Of a DNA stretch of 64,000 bases, positions 1-12,104 are shown piece by piece. This stretch comes from Seison nebaliae (Eukaryota). Both the position numbers and the translations under genes were made by a program. The stretch spans positions 1 through 64,000 of the forward strand of contig JALJEE010002408.1 in NCBI GenBank assembly GCA_023231475.1, in the 5' to 3' direction. Every line of letters starts with the position of its first letter. The first letter of the stretch is position 1. The notes under the pieces were generated by a model. That model was not told the DNA's origin and searched no databases. It saw nothing but the letters and a program-made list of their open reading frames with translations.

Positions 1-98
1 GGATGTGAAAAATAATGTAAAGACACTATGCAAAAAATTAGATGAGCAATTTTAACTTATCGTCCAGAATTTAATTTTTTGTTCGCAATAGAAAGTTG

Positions 99-178
99 TT
101 ATATGTCGAAAATAATTAATTTTATGTATACTTTTATATAAATTTTATTCATTATATTTAATTATTTTCGACATATAA
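99..178. repeat. Perfect 21-bp inverted repeat with 38-nt spacer
   Basis: ttatatgtcgaaaataattaa (99-119) is the exact reverse complement of ttaattattttcgacatataa (158-178). Confidence 0.85.
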
Positions 179-269
179 TTTCAGCCATATTTAGATAACG
201 ATTTACTAATCGCCGCAGCATATATCAATCCGCATTTCGGACCAATTTCGGAATTGTTACCTTTATCAC

Positions 270-2200
270 GGAGTGAAAAAATACGATAACATAGAAGAAT
301 TGGGAGTGGTAGGATATTCACACTGTGAATTTCACAGTGGCGAAAAGAAGATGGTACGTGGGGTGGTATTTGGCGAATACAAGGCCATGGAAGTGGGACG
401 GGAAAGACTGGAGATGGTAAGGGACATTGGAAGGTGGTCGGAAAGAGATGAAAGAAAAGAATCTACAATAATTTCACAAGTAACAGCAGAGGAACATAGG
501 TTGTCACTAATGATGAAATCATCTATCCATGAGCTACTTATGTGTGATGTGAAAGTGATGGAATTTTCCTCGCACATTTTGTAGTCAATGAATTGGGAAG
601 ATGTGGAACAGAGGAAAACGGAAAGACGATTAGAAGCGTATGATGTCTTTTTGATATCACAGTTGAAGTCGCCTCCAATTATAAAATCGGTCGATTGATA
701 CTTAGAGTGGATTCAATGATTGAGAGGAACAGAAACCTGAAAAATCACTCGGTCGGAGGTAGACATTGAAACATAAGATATTATGCACGAAAAAGCAGAC
801 TACATCAATTGATAGTTGGGTAAATGAAGAGGGATGAAGATCCTTAGAAATTAAAGTACATAGACCACCAGAAGGTCGGCCAAAGCCATTATCAGAATCG
901 GGGGAGAAGCGGAGGTACTGAAACATAGATGATCAGCCACTTCGAGCCAAGATGGTTTCGAGCCAACTTGCCAAGTGTCTTGACAGAAAATGATGTCAAA
1001 GCCAGAGAAAAAGGAAATAGAAGATCGGAGGTTGGTAGAACCATGTATGTTGAGAGAGAGAAAAGTTATATTACGGATATCAGTAGAGACGTCCGAAGAA
1101 GAAGGCGATCCTTTTGTGTAAGGAGAGAAATTATGCCATAAAGAGGTGACAGGATCGGACATTATTGAATCAGTGGAAGAAGAGTTTTTTGGGGCCAAGG
1201 CTGGAGAGCCACTGTTCTTGATGATGGTTGAGTGATCACCAAATTCGACGAAGCGATCCCGAAAGAAATCATTGGTAGAAGAAGAAAAATAGAATGGACG
1301 CACAAAAGTGTTTTGTGGCCAGATGTTAGGTTCGAGGAAATCTTTCAATTTATCTAATGAAGCGAGGAGTCGTTGGAATATCATCACGTATTCTGCTCTT
1401 CATATGCCAGATCTTCACGGCTTCCAAATTAGAATCCGATATGAACTTGTCGACGTCGCTCATGATAGTGGACGGTACAAAGTTGGTGACCAGTACGGAG
1501 CGGAGTTGTGCTCCCTGCACTGTATAATCGGTACGAGTCCCGGATCGCATCGCGATGCTCTTCCTTTTTTTGAAGCTTCGTCGTTTCTATTTTCCTGGTC
1601 GGTGCTTCGACTATATTGTTGACGCGGCTTGCAGGAGGAATATGTGAGTGAGTCTCCTGGGCACTGCCATTGAGAGAAGTGGAGATGAGGCTCGATGACT
1701 CGTTGTTTTTCGATCTTACAAGGACATCGCGATAAGAGGCGATCTTATGATCGCGAGTGATCTATTGCTTATGATAATGAGCCACGAGATAATGAATTAC
1801 CACAGTTCTCGATGATTTTCTGTTGATTCGCTATAATGGTTTTTAAAGACAAAGCGATTTCTTCGAGAAGAACATGAGACTTGTTGGGTACCACGAGAGA
1901 GCTGGTGAACGATGCTACTACCTCTTTCAGTTGAGACATGATCTGCAGGTTAGAAACTCTCTTAGGAGCGGATATGTTATGTCTTATAATTATGTCTTGC
2001 TCGATTTCTTCGTTTTCTTATTGAACGGATTGATGGAATGGGAGGATCCAGGTCTTTCCCGCGGATGGACTGACCATTGCTAGGTGGCGAAAGGTGGTGG
2101 ATTCTTCCTTGATTGGAAGGATCATTGAGGGGGCTTGAGTGAGTGTTGGTGAGAGATGTACTTTCAGCGAGTGTACTCATGTTTGTAAAAAAGCATATTA
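270..2200 (-). mobile_element. Decayed non-LTR retrotransposon (LINE): ORF1 remnant plus apurinic-endonuclease (APE) domain; no RT visible
   Basis: GC content is higher than in the flanks. Minus-strand fragments give an RRM-like ORF1 end (RSVLVTNFVP...FLEPNIWPQNTFVRPFY) followed by APE motifs (FLSLNIHG, DIIFCQDTW, NVYLRP, GGDFN at ~660-680, IDY, SDHLP). The frames are broken by several stops and frameshifts. Boundaries are approximate. Confidence 0.8.
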
Positions 2201-3420
2201 CTTATTATTATTATGTTTTTTATTTTTTAATTAGGGAATTAGGATACAAGAGCGAACTATTCGATTGAGAATGTCAAAAAAAAGATACAACGCTATCATC
2301 ATAGTTAGTCATAGTGAAATAGTAGTTCTTGTGATAAGAAGATAATAATGTACTACATAATTCTTTCAAAAATAAGTGCACTTTTAAGTTCGCTCAAAGA
2401 CATGCACATTTTGCACTGCAAACTGTACGAAAAATATTATCTCACTCTCTATTATCTTTTTTGAAAATTCGCAATTATTATGTCATTTTCTAATTTATAT
2501 ATTTAATTTTCTCTTCTTAAATGTAATTAAACTTATTCTACAATATAGATATAAAAGTTTTAAGCAGACAAAAATTTTTAATATAATTTTGAAACAAGCT
2601 GCAGAGACAAAACTGAATTCTTATCGAAAGTGCCCCGTTAATGCATTAAACATTTAATTTTGTTCAAAACTTTTTTCACTATCTTAAAGAGCTTGAATAG
2701 GTCTATTTGATGATATGCACTGATATAAAATACACTTAATTAGACAGAAGTTATAATCTATTTTTTTAAAACCCTATTCAAACCCGATTGCTTTAAGTTT
2801 TTACTGTATATCATAGGGAACGATAATCGGACCTAACAGTTCTTAATTTGTAACTACGAGATCTAAAATATTATATATTTATAATAGAATAGCTATATAA
2901 TAAATATAATAATATGACTATTATCGGTAATTACCGTTTAGATTTTAATCTATACAATTGTTATGTGTGAAAGTGAACGTGTAAAGACATGAAACAATTT
3001 CATGTTTTACTGATTTGTTGCTACTTAAAATTAATCAAATCAAATCAAAGTAGAATCAATTTCGATTTAGTTTTTCCTTTTTTAAGATAAACAAATAAGA
3101 AGAATGGTAATAATTGTCGAAGGATGGAAAAATTATTTAAACTTTATTAATGGTTGCTGCTTCAGAATAAAATAATATTGTTCATCGAATGTGTTGAATG
3201 GTTCTATAGTTCAAAGTAACTCGTGCTGTTGATTTTATGATTGTTGTATGAGATAAACGAAGTTAATTGCCGTGAGATGGGAAAATAATTTTTTAGCTCA
3301 TTTCTAATAATATTGCTGCCGCACTCAGTTAACACCTTGATCAATCTCTTTTCACTAATAAAACTTTTGACTATTTTGATTGTTTGAATAGAAATTTTTT
3401 ATTTTATTCTTTTCTAGACA

Positions 3421-4533
3421 ATGGGTGAAAAAGCAGAAGTTTGCTTAACACAATTATCTGCAGAAAGACGTAAGGCTTTAGCTAAAGTCGCTCAAGATTT
3501 AGTGAGTGACGGTCGAGGTCTTCTTGCTGCTGATGAAAGTACTGGAACAATTGGAAAACGATTTGCTGATGTTGGTTTGGAGAATGTTGAAGATAGACGT
3601 CAGAATTATAGATGTACGATTTTCGGCACTCCAAATATCAGTTCCTCCATTTCTGGTGTGATTTTATATGACGAAACAATTCGTCAAAAAGATCTGAAAG
3701 GTCGTCCAATGTGGGAATTATTGAAGGAACAGAAATTAATTCCTGGAATTAAAGTGGACAAAGGAGTAGTTACATTATTAGGTACGAATAACGAATCAAC
3801 AACACAAGGCCTCGATGATTTATTGAAACGTTGTTCTGAATATTATGAATTAGGAGCACGATTCGCCAAATGGCGTTGTGTATTGAAGATTGGAAAGAAT
3901 GGAGAATGTCCATCCGAATTGGCAATGTATGAAAATGCCAATGTTCTCGCTCGTTATGCAAGTACATGTCAACAAGCTGGAATTGTTCCGATAGTAGAAC
4001 CAGAAGTTTTGGCCGATGGTACTCATACATTGGACGATTGTCGACGGGCAAGTGAACGTGTCTTCTCTATCGTCTATACGGCATTAGAACGACATAATGT
4101 TTATTTGGAGGGAACATTATTGAAACCGAATATGATCACATCGGGAATTCAATGTGAAATACAAGCAACACCAGAAGAAGTTGCTCATGCAACTATTACA
4201 ACATTGAAACGAACAGTACCAGCAGCAGTAGCAGGAATTGTATTTCTTTCAGGTGGACAAAGTGAAAGAAAAGCCACTCAGAATTTGAATGCAATGAATC
4301 GAAAAGGACAATTGCAAACTCCTTGGCCTTTATCTTTTTCATATGGTCGTGCATTACAAAAGACTGCCATCCAACAATGGAAAGAAAGTAAAGAAATGGA
4401 AGGTTTCGTTGAAACTCAAAAAGCGATGAGTGCACGTGCAATGGAATGTCATCAAGCAGCATTAGGTATTTACAAAGATGAAGATTCTCAAGCTGGTGAT
4501 GCGTCATTATTCGTCGCTAATCATATGTATTAG
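3421..4533 (+). CDS. ALDO: Fructose-bisphosphate aldolase class I (intronless, 370 aa)
   Basis: Motifs GLLAADES, FAKWRCVL, VPIVEPEV, EGTLLKPNM, FLSGGQSE, FSYGRALQ and a C-terminal Tyr. Confidence 0.97.
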   Translation: MGEKAEVCLTQLSAERRKALAKVAQDLVSDGRGLLAADESTGTIGKRFADVGLENVEDRRQNYRCTIFGTPNISSSISGVILYDETIRQKDLKGRPMWELLKEQKLIPGIKVDKGVVTLLGTNNESTTQGLDDLLKRCSEYYELGARFAKWRCVLKIGKNGECPSELAMYENANVLARYASTCQQAGIVPIVEPEVLADGTHTLDDCRRASERVFSIVYTALERHNVYLEGTLLKPNMITSGIQCEIQATPEEVAHATITTLKRTVPAAVAGIVFLSGGQSERKATQNLNAMNRKGQLQTPWPLSFSYGRALQKTAIQQWKESKEMEGFVETQKAMSARAMECHQAALGIYKDEDSQAGDASLFVANHMY

Positions 4534-4844
4534 ATGAGAAGGAATTATGAGAAAAAGAATAAGAATAATATGAAAATTTTTAATTTTTTTTTTCTTCTAC
4601 TTCGCTTTCTCACTTCAGATTAATAGATTGCATGATGAATTGTAAGAAGAATTTCTATACAATTCCTCCTTTTTTTTTAGATTAAAATTCTCATTATTTA
4701 TTTCGTTCATTGACTATCGTCATGATTTCTGATAATTATTCTAAAATGAAATTGCAACTAAATAAATTAATGAAAAATTATCTTTTTTATTTTTCATTCT
4801 TTGCAAAAAAGCGAAATAACAAAATTATCTTTCACATCTTTCAA

Positions 4845-5848
4845 ATGATGGAATTAAATCATCAAATTGTTGTTCTTGATTACTATATCAATAAATATCT
4901 CATTTTCGCTTATATAATCATTGGAATTGTTATAAATTTCGTCTCATTACTTTGCCTATTGACTTCACCTTCATTATATCGTTCTCGATCATTTATTCAT
5001 TTCCAATGGTTATTTGCCATCAATATTCTTTTTTATCTTTTCACTGTTGATCGAGTAACTCGTCATTTCGGTTTAGGAAAAGCATCCGATTTATCTTCAA
5101 TTTCTTGTTTATTATTCTTTTGGATACGATATTCACTTTTCAGTGCTTCATCACTCCTTTTAACGATAACATGCGTCGATCGAACAGTACAATTGAACTC
5201 CGTTATAATTCACAATTAACTAATCAATTCTTGAAACAACATCTATTATGCTTCTCCACCATCATCCTATCTTTTTTACTTCATTCTTATTTTCCTTTTA
5301 TTCAATCTCTTCAATCCAATTCTCTCCAAGTTGAAAGAATAAATAGAACTGAAATTAATTTCACTCAAACAAATTCAACAAAACATCTCCCACAAACAAC
5401 TAACAACGAATCAACTTGTCAATTCCGTGATCAATATCGAATGATGTTATATGACAATTATTTTAATTATATCGATATCATATCTTACTCAATAGGACCA
5501 GCAACAACAATCGTCATTGCCAATTGCATTATCATTTATAGACTACGTCAAATCAAAAAGAATAATTCACTTCGACGAACAACTTCTACTTTAATTTATA
5601 TGTCCATCTCTTTCGTTTTATTAGTAGTTCCAGTCGATTTATTACAAATACTTCGTAAAACAAAAATCATTAACTATCAACAACATCAATTCGTTCTTCT
5701 CATATTAGAACCATTCTATTATCTCAATAATATATTGCCGCCTATTTTCCTCTATTTGACTTGTGGTCAATTCAAGCGACGACTAAAACTATTTGTGAGA
5801 AACTCTTATATTTACACTCCACCCCGTTCATCATCATTCACATATTAA
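4845..5848 (+). pseudogene. Rhodopsin-like 7TM GPCR interrupted by a frameshift after TM3 (pseudogene or assembly indel)
   Basis: ORF 4710-5219 carries TM1-3 (GIVINFVSL, C..FFWIRY, TCVDRT). ORF 5105-5848 in another frame carries TM4-7 (YSIGP, FVLLVVP, YYLNNILPPIFLY...FKRRL). No small GT-AG intron restores the frame without deleting TM4. Confidence 0.65.
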
Positions 5849-6169
5849 TGGAGTGTGAAAATAACAACATATTTCATGGCAATATGATTTCCAGATAACA
5901 TTACAAATATCATAAAATTAGAAAATATTCTAAATAAAATTCTCATTTAATTTCTTTTCAGCTAAAACTTTAAATTATATTTTAAATAAATCAACTCAAT
6001 AGGAAGAGATATGAAGAAAATTTTGCAATTTTTCAAAGTGATCTTTGTTTATCTCTAATGTGTTGCTAAGTAACGATATTTCGCGGAAATTTGTCAGATA
6101 ACACGATAAGATTTGATAACCATTTTCTTTTACATAATAACTTCCCATTTCCATTAAACAATCGCACCA

Positions 6170-8193
6170 ATGACAATTAAACATGTTTTATTCAATTATA
6201 TTAGGCATTTAATAACTTTATTTCTAGTCTGAATATTCTTGTAAATATCGTCCTTATCATATTGTTTATTCGTCAGATAATGAAGCACATGCCGTTTGTG
6301 ATGATTCAAGTTGATCTTCTGATAATTTTAAATTTTTACCCATATATACTGATAACCATAATTTGATTTTAGAACCGACAAAACGATTTGTTGATAATTC
6401 TCCATTAATGGATGACTATTATCGAAATAAACAAGTTTCGTCCAATTATTCACATTTAACAATTCTTCTTATATATTCATAATAGATTTATGGAGATATC
6501 AGACCAATGAGAAAGAATGAAGAAACACAGACTAATAAAGAGAAGAAAGTATCTCACAAATTTAGGAATCGAGATTTCAAAGACCATAAATTAGATTTAC
6601 GACAACATCATTCCAATACGAATCACAATTCACATTATAATGAATTCGTTGGATTAGGAAGAAAACCGTTTGCTGTTCGGGAGACTGAATATCAACGTTC
6701 GTATCAACCATACCAAATCATGCCATGTGATTTGAGACGAACACGATCAGAAATACAATTGTCACATAAAAATAATTTGAAAAATACAAAAATTCTTCCA
6801 AAAGAATCTTCTTTTAAAAAAGAGAATTTACTAAATCAACAAAAGTTCGATTCTGAATTCGCCAAAAATCTCGAGCTTGATATTAGCAGTGTTTCGTCTT
6901 TCCGATCACCATCTTCCACTAAAGCATCACCCAATGCTCCTAACAAAACAATTGTCGCACCGAGAACTTTGAAAAAAGATGAATTAAAAATAGAAAATAG
7001 TCGAATAATCGAGAAACAGAATTGTGAAGATCATAAAGATTTGACACGATCGAGAAATAAAATTCTTTCCGCAAAATATAATCAGACACATGATATAATT
7101 GGAATTGAAAAGAATAATATGAAGAAAGGAAAGAAGACACGTCGACCACACACAGCTCGACATTATCAGACTAGTTACAATGCACAATATAGACCAATTT
7201 GGCAATATCGATATGTTGATGGGGAATGGGAAGCGTTCGATCAAAATAAAAAACCAATTTGGAATTCGAGTAAATCATTTCATTCAATTCCAATTAATGA
7301 TTGGTATCAAGAGATAAATGAAACTCGGAAGAGTGCAGAGAAGAATCGTCGTCTCGCTCACGCCAGTTATTTTAGTCGAAATGAATTAGATCGTTTAGAA
7401 TCGATGGAAGAGAAAATGATGGAAAAAGATGAAATTTGGCGCCGTTTCAAAAGAAGATTATTAGAAAAAAATATTAAAAATGCAACTAAAATTCGTCGAG
7501 AAAGATTCTTGGAAGATTTACAAAAACAACGAAATATGACAAGTTTCTTTTCCCATATTTATCATGTCATCTAAAATAATTCGAATTTATTTCCATCATA
7601 CTAACCAGCTCCACCTGATATCACAAATAATTATTATCGAACAAGAATCATCGACCCATCGAAGAAGAAAGATATTAAAGAGAACATCCTTGTATGTGAT
7701 GATGGCGTTCAAACAACACAATCAGCAAGACAACATTATTATATACCTGACAACTATTCATCAATTTATGAATCGATTCCTATTCGAAAATCAGAAATTC
7801 AATGCGAACCAAAAATGTATAAAGATCATGTATGGAAGAGTATGGATTGGGATTCAACCGAAGGAAACTCTCTTTGTGATGGTGTTAGCTGTTGCGAACC
7901 GATACATCGATATAAAACTCCTTCTATCTCACCTCAACCAAATCATAAGACTTATGTCCAACGACCGAACACGACGATGACAAAGCACAATTTCCCTGTT
8001 AATATTTTCATTTTATCAAGTTGTTTCATTTTAATTCTAGTACGAACGTGATGAAAATTCGTCGAATAAACTAAAAAGAAACAATATCTTAACGGATGAT
8101 AATAATTTTGATGACAATTGTGACACCGCTTCTGTCGCTTCATCATTATTGGAGAAGGCGAAGAATCGTCGAGATACTTTTTGGAAGAGATAG
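6170..8193 (+). CDS. MDM1: MDM1-like microtubule-binding (centriolar) protein, 6 exons, ~585 aa
   Basis: Exons 6170-6184, 6228-6309, 6373-6434, 6486-7542, 7609-7997, 8041-8193 splice in frame. It has SEY/TEYQRSY-type repeats, WYQEINETRKSAEKNRRLAHASYFSR and a C-terminal ASSLLEKAKNRRDTFWKR, matching motifs I recall from MDM1. Confidence 0.8.
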
Positions 8194-8546
8194 ATTAAGT
8201 TCCGCTAACTTCTTTATAATATTTTATTTTATCTTACAAATAATTTTCTTAAATAGATTAGATATTTCGCTTTCTTTATTCTTCATATTTATTTCCAATT
8301 TAGCGAGTATTATATTATAATTAGCGAGGGAAAATAAAAGTTAAATTAAAAATGAACTGAAGAGAAATAAGTGTAAGTAAATATTAAAATCTACATATTA
8401 TTCTTGATTATATATCATTTTTTCTAATATATATACCGATTTTATATCCGTTATGAAAAACATGAGAAGAAAAACGTTCTTTTCTTTTGATTTAATTTTG
8501 AATTTTATGGAGAAAAATGTGTTATATATTTCTCTGAGAAATTTAG

Positions 8547-8701
8547 ATTCAAGTCAATTTCGATACTCCTTCTTATAGAGTTAGTATAACATTTGAAATC
8601 GTATAGTATGAGAAAGTACCAAAAAAAAGTTGTTTCGAAGTAGTTTAAATTCCAAATGTTATACTAACTCGATTAGAAGGAGTATCGAAATTGACTCGAA
8701 T
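8547..8701. repeat. 53-bp inverted repeat with 49-nt spacer (MITE-like)
   Basis: Arms 8547-8599 and 8649-8701 are reverse complements with 4 mismatches. Confidence 0.85.
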
Positions 8702-9198
8702 TATTTGTATGTTATGCGATGCCACTTTCTATTTAAAAGAATAAAAACTGGTTGAACGGTTGAACAATTAATTTGCCATAAGCATGTCAATAGACCATTT
8801 GATGTACTACTTTTGGTGGTAGGTTGTGTCCTCAGTTAAACTCTGTCAGTACCAGAGTTAGAATTCAAATAATTATCTCTATTCACTTGACGATAACGCT
8901 GTAGAATAATTTTGTGAGAAATGACACCAGTGCTTTCCGTTAGATTTAGTATCAAATCTCAACATTATTTCGTATTGTTAGAGGGAATGGCTCAAAAATG
9001 TTATTGCAACTTTTAGGAATTTTACTCTAAACAACTCCTTCAAGCAGTCAATTTTTTTTCTTTATAAATTTCTCAGTGGAGATTTGACTTGAAGAAAGAA
9101 AAATTCGATTCGATAATTTCTAGACGTCAATTAAAAAATGATAATTTAAATAATAAGGAAAATAAATAATTATGATAAAGTTTGTTTCATCAAATTTT

Positions 9199-10544
9199 TC
9201 ATTTTTTTCCTTGCTTTCTTTTCTTCATACGATCTTCCATCAATTTTTCCAAATTCTCTTCTGCTCTATATTGATTTTCCAAAGTATTCTTCTGAAATTC
9301 ATCATTTTGATTCTTGAACATTTGTTCTTGCTCTATAAAGTCATCACCTAATGAATTGATAGATTCATATATTATTGTAGGACATCATTGCTCACTAACC
9401 AAATAATTCGTCATAAGTCGGACAATCTTCCAATTTATTTTTATCTGTCTTATCTGAAGAATGTTTCTCGATTGGTAGAGGAACCGATGAACTTTCGTTA
9501 CCTGATGTAACTATTTCGAAAAAATATTTGAATAAAAATTTAATGTAATAATAAGAAGTTGGATAACTATCAACATTTTCAGGAGATACACCTGCAATCT
9601 TAATAATTTCTTTCTCTAATTCCTCATTCATTTCTTTTTTAACTCCTTTGTACTGTTCAAGATAATCGATGTAAACACATTGAATCTTATCATCCACTAT
9701 TTTACTTGCCCAATTGATCATTAAATCGCATTTACAATTCAAATATTTAATAGATTCACACACTTTAGGAATCTGATCATGATTACTATTCGCAATATTC
9801 TCCAAACTATGAATTGTGTTTGACATTGACTGCATTTCTTTTGGAGTGCAATAAGGAAATTGAATATTCTTCAAAAGAATTTGTGCTTTAGTTATATTAG
9901 CATGTCCTACATGTAATAAATTCTTCGTATTATAAACAATTTTTGATTTCCTTGTTCGATAATAGAAAGTCGTGCTAAATAAAAAATGAAACTTATTAGT
10001 GTCTTGTTGCGGTTTCAATAGAGACCATTCGGTTAATGCATTTCCCATTTGAATTTTGGCACTCTTCCCTAAAAGAATACAATGATTCCATTTTTTTCTT
10101 TCTCGATTAACATCATTAAAAAGTTTTTTGGCTTGTTCCACTTTCTTCGATAATTCCCCATCAATTTTGATAGTTTTCATTTTCGTTTCTAAATGGAGAA
10201 CGTATTGTCCCATTAGAAAATAAGAATTAACTTAAGAATTCATCAATTTCTTCTCGGTATGTAGCAACTTCAGCCACCTGCTGTTTTAGCTGAACTACCT
10301 CCAAATCTTTCCTTTCTTGAATATTTGACAATTTTTTTATTTCTTTAGTCAATCCACTTTTCGCCTCCTTATTCGATTCCTGTTCTTCTTGTTTACACAT
10401 TTCTTCCAAATCCAGCGAATGATTCCTTATTTGAGCTTCCAATAATTCTAAACGTTCCTCTGGTTGTCCCTTTAATATTAGATTTAATTTCTTTTGCGTT
10501 TGCAGATACCATTTCGCTTCTTTATCGCTCACTGTCGTCGACAT
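9199..10544 (-). CDS. Uncharacterised coiled-coil protein, ~4 exons
   Basis: ORFs 10227-10544 and 9395-10213 are joined by the 43-nt intron 10231-10189. Further GTT..AG introns lead to a last exon ending ...NLEKLMEDRMKKRKQGKK* (TGA 9199-9201). Confidence 0.7.
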
Positions 10545-11238
10545 AATTTTAATTAAAAAGAATTACAGAAACAGAATTTTATAATAATAATTTTATTTCT
10601 ATTCTTTCCCTAAAACAGATTTTTATTTTGAATGTTTCTATGGAAACAATTATTTGTCCAACGTCCTTCCAGCAATTTAATAAAGTATAACGAATTACTG
10701 TATTGGCACGAAATGAGGTAAGTTTATTTGGAACATGAAATAAGAAATTTCAATTTCTCACATTTCATACTAAAAAATATTTTCAGTCAAAATATCCCAA
10801 AAAAACTTCTTTCAACATAAATTTCCAATAAAATTCATATTAAGTTATAAAAAAAATTATTAATGGTAAATTAGTTGTTCCAATCGTTAAATTTCAACTT
10901 TTCAAATATTAAAAATTTGAATTATTTTTGAATAAAGTAAATTATCAAAAAATATGAAAAACATCTATAAAAAAATAATTTTTATAAAATTTTCAAATCA
11001 ACGTTCTTTCCATTGATGGGATAAAGCATGAAAGCCAAAAAGTGAAATATATTTGAAATTTTTCATATAGAAAATTCTCATTCAGATTCTTTTGAATGAA
11101 CAAAATAAAATGTATTAGATTAATTTGTTTTTGTTGGAAATTAATTTATCAAAAATTGATATCTCATCAGCTGAAGTTTGGGGAAGTTGATTTCTCTTTC
11201 TCTTTTTGTGAAGACACAAAAAAGTAAAAAAAAAAGAA

Positions 11239-11931
11239 ATGAATTTTTTCTCGAATAAGGACAAGAATAAAGTGACAAGTCGCAATGAGAGTAAACAATC
11301 GAAGAATCAAAAGAATGAGATGGAGATAGACAAGACGAATGCGATGAAAGTAATTAGCAATTCGGATGCCACTCTCGGCACTGGTAATTTACGTTTAGCC
11401 GTTTTATTACCCGACAACGAAGATATTAATGAATGGATAGCCGTCCATACGGTTGATTTATTTATGCAAGTCAATATGTTGTATGGGACAATCACCGAAT
11501 TCTGTACAGATGAAATGTGTCCGATAATGAATGCGGGAACAAAATTTGAATATCAATGGGCTGATGGAAATACGATAAAGAAACCGATCAAATGTAGTGC
11601 TCCACAATACATCGATTATCTGATGACGTGGATCCAACAACAATTGGATAACGAGGAAATATTTCCTTGTCGTATTGGAACTCCATTCAAGAAGAATTTT
11701 TTAGTGACAGTCAAACGAATTCTCAAAAGATTATTCCGAGTTTATGCTCATGTTTATTTGCAACATTTCGACAAAATAAAATTATTGGAAGAAGACGCAC
11801 ATTTAAACACGTCGTTTAAACATTTCATTTATTTCGTAGGAGAATTTCAATTAATAGAAAAGAAAGAAATGGAACCGATGCAAATGATTATTGACGCCTT
11901 ATTGAAACATGACAAGAATTTATATATTTAA
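11239..11931 (+). CDS. MOB1: MOB kinase activator 1 (Hippo/NDR pathway), intronless
   Basis: Motifs ATLGTGNLRLAVLLP, NEWIAVHTVD, CPIMNAG.KFEYQW, KRLFRVYAHVY, HLNTSFKHF. Confidence 0.95.
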   Translation: MNFFSNKDKNKVTSRNESKQSKNQKNEMEIDKTNAMKVISNSDATLGTGNLRLAVLLPDNEDINEWIAVHTVDLFMQVNMLYGTITEFCTDEMCPIMNAGTKFEYQWADGNTIKKPIKCSAPQYIDYLMTWIQQQLDNEEIFPCRIGTPFKKNFLVTVKRILKRLFRVYAHVYLQHFDKIKLLEEDAHLNTSFKHFIYFVGEFQLIEKKEMEPMQMIIDALLKHDKNLYI

Positions 11932-12104
11932 ATTTTTGTTTTCTTTTTATTATTCATCAATTAATAGATTTCCTTCACCCAAATCATTCTTTTTCTTCTA
12001 TTTCGTTCAAAAAAATGACGTTTAAAATTTCATTTCTCTCTCAAATTCATAGAGTTGTTTGAAGGAAAAAATTTAAATTAATGAATTCAATTTCATGAGT
12101 TCTA

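Noticed and set aside
273..2083. Plus-strand ORFs 273-584, 929-1141, 1308-1622, 1874-2083
   Set aside because: Antisense shadows of the GC-richer retroelement, with no recognisable motifs.
3770..4507. Short minus-strand ORFs inside aldolase (likewise those inside tubulin, the PAN gene, Notch and the GPCRs)
   Set aside because: They overlap well-supported genes on the other strand or frame and have no independent features.
7564..8320. ORFs 7564-7980, 7952-8146 and 8096-8320 as separate genes
   Set aside because: Explained as off-frame or antisense overlaps of MDM1 exons 5-6.
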